From the NCBI GenBank assembly GCA_002633005.1, contig NMRA01000157.1, positions 62,001-126,000 of the forward strand: a stretch of 64,000 nt of DNA, in the 5' to 3' direction. The position numbers and the translations under genes are program-made. The DNA is from Phoronis australis. Its lineage: Eukaryota > Animalia > Phoronida. Positions within the stretch are counted from its first letter, which is position 1; the number at the start of each line of letters is the position of its first letter. This document shows positions 1-25,500 of the stretch, piece by piece. A model generated the notes under the pieces. That model worked only from the letters and a program-made list of their open reading frames with translations, was not told where the DNA came from and searched no databases.

Positions 1-101
1 TTTCAATAATTTTTAAACTCTTTTGAATCAAACTTTTATCTTGGAAAACATCAAAAGCAATTTTGAAAGGCTTTGCTTGATGTATCTGTGTCACCTTTCA
101 G

Positions 102-13418
<13,317 letters not shown>

Positions 13419-15975
13419 AGGTTAAAGTTCGTCAATCACTCAGCTGATATTCAATGAGCAAAAGGTTCCTGCTTTTGTTCCTAAACTATAGCAAGAATTT
13501 TTCAACATGATCTGTCTTGCCCATATTGGGTAATTATGCGTATATTGATTGTGTAGCTAGTTATCTTTTTGTTATGTTATCCCGGTGACGTGTACATTTG
13601 ACTTGTTGCCTTTTTCCATACTGGTTGTTCAAGTAATCACCCATTTCCGACTTAAATTCTCAAAAGCCATGTGTTTAAACGCCCTGTGAACGCCTTAATG
13701 CCTACTTCTGGATTTTTGGGTTCTTGCGAATTTAAACACCTTGGATCACCGCCTGGATGTTGACCCGAACGGTAATGATTACGTTAACCCAGGAGGGAAC
13801 CAACACGTCTGCACCTACGAGGAGCCATTTAAGGGGCTTTGTTGAAATCAGCTGTCAAAATGTGTCTGACTACAGCTGTCAAACTATTTGTTTTTAACGC
13901 AAATACAGTATTGTAACAATACTCAAGAAGAGGTGGTCCTTGAATTTTTTTTTACAAAGTTGTGACATGGACATAAATCAGAAGAACAGGAGAAAATATT
14001 TGTTGATTGTGCTATTATTAAAAATTTAAATTCTTTTAGGATGTTTAGGGAACCATAAATGGTCTTACGCAGATATATTTTACCTCTTTATACCTAACCA
14101 CTACGAATTAAATCGTCTGCCATCATGCACTCTCCGGTTTTGACCTAATGGCTTTATGTAGGGTCCGGAATGCCAGCCAGTGAGCGAAAAGTGAATGTTT
14201 TAGTTCACAAGTTCACCACTAGATTTAAATTGCAAATGGCGGAATGACATGTGAATTGTAAATCGTCAAATCTATGAGTGAATATCTTCGTTTGAAGGGA
14301 TTGATTTGCGAATAGATATATTTGCTGTAGTACTATTTCTACAGATAAACGGTATCCTTGTAATTTGGACGTGTGCTGGTTAATATTTGATGTATGTTTG
14401 AGTGTGATATGTATGATGCCAAGTCCTACACTTTCAATGTACGGACTTCCAAACCTGTTTAAGGGTTTGTTCACAGACTATTATAACAAGACTCTGATAA
14501 TCATGTTATTATTGTCATTTCTCTTTTTGGTTAGTGTTTTATAAAAAGTTACCTCCAAGATATTTTGTTATTATTAAGTGGCATGTGTTGCACAATAACT
14601 ACCGTAGCTTTAGTTTTGTTTATTCTTCTCTTTTGTGTTCTTGAGATTATGAGTTTGTTTGGACTATGTTTTTGTAGTTAAGATTACATTGTGGGCTGTC
14701 AGGTGTAAAGGTATCGTCTTTACTTTATGTTGTGCTTTTCATTTAGGTTACGGATAGCGGAAATCATTAATTTGAAAAACTATTGTGCTCAACACTTTTC
14801 TTTTGTTTTTTTAAGGCAATTATTCCCGATCTTGGAGAAAAAAATTGGCACTAGCCCAGTCAAGTTATACTAAATAATGTTCGTAGGGTGCTCTTTTGTA
14901 AATCACAGTTGTGCTCAGAGTGACAAGCTTGACTCCCAGGTTTGGAATGTTAGTCTCTGAAATATTCCTATATATTAAATGCTGACTATGCAATCTTGCT
15001 GGCTTTTTCTCATGGGTGACTGACATAGTCGAACATACCCCTGTTTTTTCCAGCACGAGTTCCTTTAGGGAAAACAAAATTTGTGGTGTGGAACACAGTG
15101 ATTGTTGTATTTGCAATGAATTTGTTGGTTTTAATCCACTTGATAGTGTTAATCTCTATCTAGTCTCAGTATGTTAAATACAGATTCAGTAAAATCCCGA
15201 GGCTGTAAATGCCGTCAACTTGAATTTTACCTTCAGTTTTATGATTTATGCTTGTGCTCTAGTAACAAATTACAGTTCATGCCGAAAGTAGTTGAGCGAT
15301 CATTACAAAATTGACGAGGTTTTGTTAAACTTTTGGTGAAAGCCCACAGAAGCTAACCAGGCGCCAAAAATGTTTGGCAGTAAATTATTTGAAAGTTGGC
15401 AAAAATGTTTACTTTGCTCCAGATTTTGACAGGAAAAGATTCGTTTTAATTTGTTTCGTAAATCTGAGAATCTACTAGTAGTTGTAAAATTCGTGTATCC
15501 ATTACCTCATGACGTATACAGTATTTTGCTCATTGTGTTGTTTTAGCTCGTTGTGATGTGGGATGAAAACTTGTTTAACAAAATTCTATGTTAATGCCTG
15601 TTTGTTGTGAATCTTTATGCACCCACATAGGTACAATTTGTGCTAACTGAATAGACAAAACTTAATAAATGGTTGAAGTTTCTATAATCCCGCTTTCTGT
15701 CCAAAGAAAAATCTTGTTCAATTAAGCCCACTCACCATTGATAAAACTTTTCTCAATTTTCTTGCTGAATTTCGACCGTGTTGTGAAAAGGCAAAGGAGT
15801 GTGCCAAAATAGAGCAAAGCTTTCCATAATTCACATCTCTGATGTAGTTTACTAAATGCAGACTTCATACATATGTTGTCACCAATTATCAGTAAGTGTT
15901 GTCAGCGCTTGCTTTGTGAGTTGTTTCAGCAAAATGGCGGCTGTGTTTGTTGAGTTTGATTGAAACTCTTGTTTC

Positions 15976-15981
15976 ATTAAA
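15976..15981 (+). terminator. Candidate distal poly(A) signal ATTAAA of ALDH4A1 (alternative AATAAA at 15664-15669)
   Basis: Hexamer at the end of the T/G-rich + strand segment that follows the ALDH4A1 stop. Confidence 0.35.
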
Positions 15982-15991
15982 TACAACATAA

Positions 15992-15997
15992 TTTATT
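15992..15997 (-). terminator. Candidate poly(A) signal AATAAA of CAMTA (3' UTR about 3.5 kb)
   Basis: TTTATT on + lies where the strand composition switches from T/G-rich to A/C-rich. Confidence 0.5.
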
Positions 15998-18387
15998 ACA
16001 ATTTCGTAACAACTCTCCATCCTGGGGGAATTAAAGTCAAATTTACAACAGAGGTCAGTTAAGACAGATAAGTTGACATATCGAAAAATAAAGACTATTC
16101 ACAAACAATCATTTCTCTCCTATCAGTGAAATAAATTTCAATCATAACAACAGGGTCTATGAACAAAGACAAAATTTTCTGAATGCATGTACCAACTGAA
16201 AACCATCATTTACAAGTCAACGCAGCATTTAAACATTTTTCAGTGTCTGGAATTTGTTTCTGTTAAAGAATATTCTATCCATAACCTGAAGAGTTGAAAT
16301 AACTGAGATGATAAGTATGATGTTGAATGCTCACAAATACCAAAATCTACAGTCGGCAACCACTTAAGTTTCAGACAAAATCTGGCATTCATTTAACAAC
16401 ACGTTGTTATAACATTTAATATATATTATTAAAAACACTGATTAATGCCAAAACCACAGGTTCAATAAGTAACAAAAAATTATCAACCATTAAATATTCA
16501 AAAAATACATAACAATATAATAAAATAATTGCAATCTCAACTACCATGTAATTTTGAATCGGACATTTGATCTCGACGAATTAAATTATGTGAATAAAAG
16601 TTAGAAAACAGCCTAACAAACAGAAGTAAATGGAGTGTAAAAATATTAAACTACTTTCAAAAAGGTACATCATCAATAATTTTAGTTCAGACTTAACAGA
16701 TGGACAAGCAAACAGATGCACACCAGAAGATCTATTTGTAAATAAAACTTCCGTTAGGAGGAAAGGTATTCTAGGATGCTTTGTGAGCATTGACTGGGAC
16801 ACACTTCAACCAAACCGAAAAATGCTGTTGGTTCATCCAAAATGAATTTGCCCAGTATCCAGTCCATTTATAAGCTAGCATATATTGCCTTTTAAGGAGA
16901 TGGAACATTTCCATTAAAGTTTCATAATTCTATTTTTGCTGTCTCACTAAAAACTAATTTCATTAATATTTGATATGAAATAAGCTGAAAATCATTTAGT
17001 ACTTTGCCCAAAACATTACAATCAATATTGAAAAGTGAGAGACTGTTTTTGATTTTATTGTGCAAAAACTCTCTTACCAGGTGGGGACCTCTTGTGATAA
17101 GAGTGGGTACTAAGAAAGAAAACAAGGTTCACTTTGTAATTACAATTACGAAAAGGGTTTAGAAAACGAGAAAAGTTGCCAAATATACACATACAAGCAA
17201 TGTTATTAGTATAAATGAATACAAAAAGCAATCTTAAACAATCCTATAATGACGAGATTCTTAGACAGCAGCTGGACAATGCCTCGACAAAACGAGAACA
17301 ACAGGAGCGTTTTGCAGAAAAGGAAGGAGATGAAAAAATATCGGTTACTACTAAGTATGCATTCAGGCTTGACGAAGACAAAACTACTGGATGACAGTGG
17401 AAACTTTCCTATGCACAAGTCAATCACAGCTCAAAGAGGACTTCATCTGAAGACAACTTATTCTGCTTCCACTTTGATTTAGTAAGTGGTGTCGACATAA
17501 CTGCTATTTACACCACAAATGTCGACACTGAACAGCCGCCATAGACTGAATTGACACGGCGCCACTACGTGTGTAAACTGAAGATGACACATCAGTGTCA
17601 ACTTAGTCACCAGTTTCTGAGGTAGAGCAACTTGCCACCGGCCATCTTGTTCAGCATTAACCATAGATCTTAACATAACTATGGCAAGACGTAAGCGTTA
17701 CCGATTGTTGACTTCCTTCGCGTTTTAGTTCTCTGTAACTTACGTCCTCAACAACCCCTTCAAATGTAATCAAAAAAACTTGCTTAATTTTCTCTTTTTT
17801 GATTGCGACTTGCACTATTTGTAACCCTGAGCATGCCCACTCCATCTTCTTGGCTACAACCTGCGCTATGTTCTCGTTTACGAGTAGTGTGTGTAAACCA
17901 CGGCTAGACACCGATCATCTAGCGCCATCTAGCGCCAGTGTCAGTTAACACCTGTTTAAACCTCCCACGAAGCCTACTTAAATTACGACTAAATCAACAT
18001 GATTATAGCAAAAGTAAACCAAATTTAGGGCGATATAACATCCTTTGTATTCATATATTAGTAGAGAAAATTGGGAATGATGACTCGCGGTATTAAATAA
18101 AGCTCTCAAAATGTATTACAGATCAACACAAGCACTATGCTAGGTTTTTTGAGGTTTTTATTTCTAAAACACAGTGTACTCACTCAGTGCTACATTTTAC
18201 TGTAAAAAATAAGAAACCTTTTTACTTCACTGTAAATAAGATTTTAATGAGATACCAAACACTGTCTTTGGAGGGCCACTGTGCCATCACAAACCAAACA
18301 TTTTCACCCCAATATGAAACTAGCCAATGAAACGCTTAAAGATTTTAATTAAAAGCCCATGAAACTTCAATATTCTTAAGAAAACAA

Positions 18388-18957
18388 CTGTTCCGAACCA
18401 TGCAGGAATCTGCCCTACGTAAGAATATTGATTTCTTACATCGTGCAGGACAATGTAGATATTCTTATGTAGTGCAACAATGAAGGAATTATAACGATCT
18501 CTATGGGCGTGACATCAAAGTCATCATAATTATGATACAACGTTAGTACTCTCTCCTTTTAACCAGCACAGTGCGACGGGATAGGTTTTTCACTGCTTTC
18601 CGATATGACGTCCAATAGGTGGATCACTTACTGACAAGCATTGCGAGTCTGGTGAGTCGGACATTTCCGCCCTCTCTCTAAGGACCTTGTTCTTGTTTTA
18701 TCATATTACCGGTATTTCAAACAAATGCAAATCTAGATTGATGGTGACTGTGTGCGTGAAGTGATAGAGGCTCTGAACCATAGGAAAAATGGGATTTAAG
18801 CAAGTTTCTGTAGTTTGGGGTGCAATGATTAATTTTTCATATCATGCCTAAAAGTAGTACTAAATATTCCTACATTGTCCTGCGCGATATAGTAATATTC
18901 CTACATCATCATGTGAATATTTCTACATGGCGCAGATTTGTACACGGTTTGAAACAA
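18388..18957. mobile_element. Long-TIR fold-back MITE inside the CAMTA 3' UTR
   Basis: tgttccgaaccatgcaggaatctgcc...atcgtgcaggacaatgtag versus reverse complement of ctacattgtcctgcgcgat...cagatttgtacacggtttgaaaca. Confidence 0.7.
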
Positions 18958-19464
18958 AACCATTACTTCTGCGTTAAACAATCACCCCTTTTACTGTCAC
19001 TCAAAAAATACATCAATCAAACACTTTGAATGTTGAAGACTAGCCAAACATTTGGATAAGATCCGTGCTTAACCCAACCAGTATCAGGAGCAATTACAAC
19101 ACTGAAATAACCCCTTTCACATCACAATTCATCGGCAAATAATCACACACTCAATAGATCATACATGATTTACACCAGCACAAAACCGTCTAAAAACTGT
19201 CCTTATCAAGAGACAGCCTTTTCAAAAGTATCAACTCCTGTTGCTCTTCCATGCAAACACATTTTTCTCTCACTGAAAATAGCACCAAACACTAACATAC
19301 ATTGCAAACTGAAATTTCACACTTCTTTACATTTTGTTCTTTGTGAAACTTAAGCCACTCCAATGCGAAAAATTGCCTTAGCCGGAATTCGCTTCATACA
19401 TTCTCTTCTTTGCAACGCACGTTTGTGTTAAAAAATTCCATTCCTTGATGGGTATCAGGTGCCG

Positions 19465-19570
19465 CTATGTCAACTGGTTCGTTCCGGTCGTTGGGTTCAT
19501 GTACTCTTCGTGGTCCGTGACTTCAGCTGGCTGGGTAGTTGTTGTGCCACACTGGCCTGCTCTCTGAGAG
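19465..19570 (-). CDS. CAMTA: CAMTA terminal coding exon (SQRAGQCG...TNQLT*)
   Basis: cttctctgctcttgtag acceptor; TAG at 19467-19465; followed by a long U-rich 3' UTR. Confidence 0.75.
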
Positions 19571-22500
19571 CTACAAGAGCAGAGAAGCAGACGACATCAA
19601 TGAAAATGGAGAGGAAGTAGAGGGACATTGCTCATAGCACAGTTGCTCATAACACAACTCCATTCCACACTATGAGAAACGTGTCAATCAAATGCATTTT
19701 TGGATTAAAAAGGGTTAGAAATCGTTAAAAAGTTGGGATCAACATGGAAGCAGGTAAATACTCCTTGTGGTAGACGTGCGCAATGTGTTACAGAGTTTCA
19801 GTTGAAATTTCTGAAGGCAATAGAGGGAAAGAAACTGATGTCATGTGAACTTAAACTATTTAAACATATCTGAGAGCGGCTGGATAAAAATAATCGAAAT
19901 CCATAAAGTGAAACCATCTAATACAATTATTGCCTTTAAGTCAGACTAAGTTTAACATTTTCATAATGAGCAAATTAAAGTCATTTGTGACTCACAACTG
20001 CGTGATTTAAAAAGAATCCTGGAAAAATGCGGGGAGGGAAAGTTGAAATGACGCAAACGTAAATTTGAGGATACGGTGAACTTTGCTACCAGTCACTTTG
20101 GTTGTATAACTGCCATGTGATCAGGCAAACTCCGCCTACCTCTTGCTCAACACATGCATACAGAGAGAGACAGAGGGGAAAGCTGATCAAACGAGGGTTT
20201 GTAACAATTACTGTGAGGTAAGTGCAAGAACCTTCCACACTCATCGGTTAGCAATTCTCAATCATAACTGATGCGGTGCAATGGTTCCAGAATTTCCGAA
20301 CGCGGAGTCAAACCAAACTGGCAACTTAACGGCTCATTCTGCACTATTTCAGTACAAATTTGTAAGTTTATTTGAAGCATGGCTTACAATTGGTCGATTT
20401 TTGGTAGAGTTTCGAGTACACAGATTAGACACCAGGCGCTGATCTCATAAAACAGACGAATAATATGTAAAGCTAACTTTTTAAGACATACACGTTTAAG
20501 TTTAGATTTTCCCCGTGTTTCAGCTCAAGAGATATTTAAAAGATTGACAGTCGGGCTAAGCCTTCTTAATAAAAATGCACGAGACCTAAAGAGTTGGAAA
20601 AATATATACGAAATAAATTTATGCTCAGATGAAATGGGAACCGGGTTTACGAATCATACATAAATTTAATCCACAACTACTGGCATGATCTATACAAAAA
20701 AATATAAATTATAATGGTCAACAAAATTTTGAGCTGAAAGTGGCATATGCCAATGGTCATGCAAACTTCCTCATCTATCATTGCTAACGAACCGACACAC
20801 AAAATTTTAGATATCAAATCCCCATGGCCCCCAGTTTGCTCCCTGAAGCCTCCAGGCTTTAATCAACATCCTGGATTTTCATTGAGTCCAATGGTGGTCA
20901 ATATTCACTCCTTTACCCAGAAAGTTTAAGTCACGTTACGTTAAGTTTTCACGAATCAATGCAATTTGTAGAGGTAAAAAGACCATTTTCACAAGATAAA
21001 ACTTAATTTTGAATTAATTCAAGACAGAAGAAAAATCTTGAAGTGAACCAGGCAGATGGTTGAAATGCTGATTTTCTCATGCAGGACTGAACTGACAGCA
21101 GAGAGTTGTACATAGACACCTGTGGTTTAAAAATCCTTCGTTATGCTACATAAAACACACAAAAACAAATTATACTTTCAAGAGGAAAGAATGACGCTGG
21201 AATAACACAAATAGGATGACTATGTCGTGACATTGCTGCTTACAATCAAAACAAAAATTCGCACTTAGAAATAGGCAAGATGACAGAGTACAGTAGGTTT
21301 CACAACATAACAATCAAATATAGAGAAATGTTCACCACAACATAGATAATTTTTCAGTCACATAAAACGAATACACAAGAAATGTTGTTTTCTCACAGTA
21401 CAAGCCAATGACAGTTTCCAGCATTGCTCAGCTAACAGTCTCAGTGCAGACACTGGACTTTTTCAAGCATATCTCAATGCAATGATCAATGACAATACAG
21501 AGCCCTCTGTAAGCAACAGTGGCGAATCACAGCTGCTTCATCTGTTCACAGGGAAAAACTGAGAAGTGTGTGACAATGTGTGCTGTACTGTTTGTGCGCA
21601 CCAAAGAAGTAATTGCAATGTAAAAAATGTCAGATACGACACTTAAAGAAACAGACAACCAACGCAGCAAAAGACTGCAGGCAACTCACCCGATAGGCAC
21701 TGTACATGTCCCATAACAGACTGGCAAATGGTTAGGAAACAAACACCATTATATTAGTTATGGCTGGCAGGAAAATCCGAAGTACTACACTATGCTACAC
21801 CCAGTAAATATAAAAGCTCGCATGCAAAATATTACAATTGATTTCACCCGCATCCTACAACAACGATCCCACATTAAATGGACAATCCATGGTCACATGC
21901 AGGCAAATTGTTTGTCCAAACTTCAAACTCCTTAAAATACATCTCACTGAATAACATTTAGAAGTGGTTCTGTAAATAGCCTAAAACTAAACAAACAGCA
22001 TGTTACAAATTTTAGGCAACTTTTTCCGATACTTGTACAGTATAAAGTGGTTTTCTAAACAAAACTTAATAATTTCTGACAACACAATAAAATCTATAAG
22101 AAACGATCCCCTCAACATCACTCTGAATTTTTTAATGTCTCCACTACCTGTCACCCATTACATAAATGATGAAATTTTAGACCAGGGCCCGGTCTCCAAT
22201 CTTTTTACTCGAAATGGAACTCGAAATTAGGTTTGGCATTTTCTACTCTACTTTTGAGCGAACTCAAGATAAGTGTCTATTATTCTATGCTCGAGTACAC
22301 AATAACTTACGTAGATAATTTATTGTCCTTAGTTCACGGTTTGCAAACCCAATATTAAAGCAATAAGTTCGAGTTTGAACTCTAAATTTCGAGTTTTTAC
22401 TCGAGTTTGTAGCACGAATGTAAGGGTCTTCAAGGGCAAACTTGAACTAGAAACTCCTATGCATAAACTATAATGCATTCGAGCACAGTCTGATAACCAA

Positions 22501-25500
22501 TTATCTTAAGTTCGCACAAAAGGAGCAGAGAAATTGCCAAAAATAGTTTCGAGTTCGTTTCGAGTACAAAGATTACAGACCAGGCCCAGGTGTTTAGCAG
22601 CTAGAGTAAGTGTGTTGTCACTGCTACTTGCAAGCCAATTTACAAGATCCCATAACCAGTGTAATAGCCCAAGAACACTCAAAAAATGAAACGCGTTCAC
22701 AGGAAACAAAGATGCGTCTTGGAGAAAGTTGTGCATGTGAACGCGACCCACAGAATATTTCTCAATATCAGCCATTTACCTGAATGGACACATTTCAACT
22801 GAAAGGGTAAGTAGCAACAAAAATGAATACTTCTAACTGTTGAAAGCATGCATTTCTTAACAGATATTTTTCTGAAAAATACTTCCGCAAAGGACAACCC
22901 CAAGAAATAAAAAGTACAAAAAATTACCACCATACCACATTTTGTGTACCGTCTAAACCAATACAGTCAATGGGACCATTGTTACTCATAAGTAACAAGT
23001 TGTGTGCAAATTTGGACAACAAGACCAACATGGCGTGTTGATATCTGCCCAGAATGCATTGCATATGGTATGTTTCTAAGGTTGCTTATCAGCTTTGTGA
23101 AAGCTACAAGGAGACAACGTTTGACCAGGGGTCAGACCGAATGGTCAGAACTGACAAAAGTGTTGGTACCTCACCTTTTAAAACTAACATCAAATCAAAA
23201 AGTTTAAAATATGAACAGTTTTCAACATTTGCAACGAAGAAATAAAACATACCACAAAAACTAAGGGACACAGCGCTGGACATCCAACAATTAGCAGGTC
23301 TAGTGCTTCTTTTTTAAAAAACAATCATAATGTCTGGCAAGAACAAAGACAGACACAAAACACCACAACCGGCAAAACTGGTAGCTGCCATCATCTTCAA
23401 AATGGAGGAGCCACTAGGTGGTGCTGCACCAGTCGAATCAGCCCAAAAATCCATTGGTACCTGCGCGTTACACTAACTTACATCTTTGAAAGTTTCATTA
23501 AAATCATCCGAAAGCATTCTTTCCACAAAAGTCCCTTATTGAGGCAAAAATGGCCACTAGGGTTGCAGTGGTTGAATTCGATGGAAAATTAAATAGTGAC
23601 GGCACACTGCCATCACATACCTCTGTAAAATCTGTCGAATAGTTTTTTAGATAACATCCGGAAATGCTCTTAAACCTAAAAAGTACTGAAAAAGTCCCTT
23701 AGTTGTCAAGACCAAAACGGCCACTAGGGTGTGCTGCTGTGGTCAAATCTGCCCGAAAACAGGAGTGGTGCTGGCACATTGTTGTCACATATATATGTCT
23801 GTATCATGTTTCATTGAAATCCATGAGTTCTCTAGATATCATCCAGAAAAACCTCATCCATCAGCCCCTAGGAGAAAGTGAAGATTGAAAAGTGACATAC
23901 TCCGTCTTAAGCCGCATTTACACGGGAGACAACTCTCATGGAGCAACTAACACGGAACAGGTGATCAGGAGCAAGTGTGTGTAACTTTAAACATGACTGA
24001 CACGCAGCAAGTTGACACCATGGCGGCCATTTTTGACACCGGTTCGAGAGATAAAGTAAGTTGAATTCGATCAGTTGCTCCAGTTTCAACTCCACGTCTA
24101 AACACAACTGGGGCGATTGTGCAATAGCGTATATACGGGCGATCCACAGGCATTTCACATGGTTTGGATGTTGGCTGTTGCTTATGCAAGCATACGCTGA
24201 CAGTCTACGTGTAAATGACTCATACCGATCCAGTTTTGATCCAATGTCGTGAAAATACGACTTAACTGGAGCAAGTTGCGCCATGACAACTCGCACCGTG
24301 ACAACTGATCCCAGTGCAAAAACGGCTATAATAGTGATGACCGACACTCTTGTGCCAAATTTCATTAAGATCTTATCAGGAGTTTTTAGATATCGAGCAG
24401 ACACACGGACAGGATGACGACAATATGCAACCACATAAATTATAATGTGGGAGCACAAAATGTAATCTTGTGTGAACAGAAAACAAGAAAATGTCGAGCA
24501 AACAAATGTTAAAGTCACGTCACGGCAACCTAGTGTACAAACTGACGGTGAAGCCGGGGGCATTAACAGAATGTTGTCTTGCAATCACGGCAGAGTAAAT
24601 CAAATCACATGTTTTTCCCGATGCTACAGAACACATTACACACTGGATTTGATTGAATAAAACATCGATACACACAATCTAAATTACTTGAAGCTGCATG
24701 TCGTCCTATTGGCTGGCTGAAAACAAATTAAGCTTTTTTCTCTCATAAAATCCGTCTCATATGTTACAGGCAATGCAGACAAGCACCATTTTTGAATTAT
24801 CTTGTAATTTTAGGAGACCTAACCCCAAAAAACTCTGAAGAGCTTTTTAGAATCAGGCTGATGGTCTCGAAGTCGTTGATGGTCACCTTTGTTCCAGCTA
24901 AACAATACGAAAATGCAGCTTCAAAGATCACCTGCTAAAATATAAGTCCATAAACTTTGTCTAATGAACTCAAAAGAAATGTATAAAGTTCACGCACAAA
25001 AACAAAAAAACCTTGATAATAACATGAATTATGTGTCAACCTATAGAGAACTCCAGTACCTTGGTATTAATCCGATGACTGTAGACGAAAAACAAACTCA
25101 GGACATTTGAAAAACTTAATTTCTTCAATCTAGTACACAGAAGTATGTCGCAGGAAGGAAATTTCGCTGCATTTTTCAAGAGAATGGTGCTTGACCAAAT
25201 GAAGACATTCTGACCCTCGCAGACACCACTACTTGACATCAATTCTAAATGATAACATTTTGCAGCTTTGTTTCCAACTTGACGCTATATTTCTGGGAAA
25301 CCACAATTCATTTTCCAGTCTCGGTAACTGAGCAAATAACTTTAAGTTTTTATAAACCAATGTGTTAATGTTTACGCTAAATAATCCATCCATGAACAAA
25401 CTCAGGACGCCGAATCGGAGAATTTTTAAGGTCTACCAAATTTTAGTACTCTTACACACAGATATTTCAGTGACTGTACTTCGAAAAATATTCTTTATCA

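Noticed and set aside
23907-24584. 225-aa minus-strand ORF as a nested gene or transposase
   Set aside because: It spans a MITE plus the end of a HINE-like repeat and has no recognisable domain or DDE motif; treated as a chance ORF
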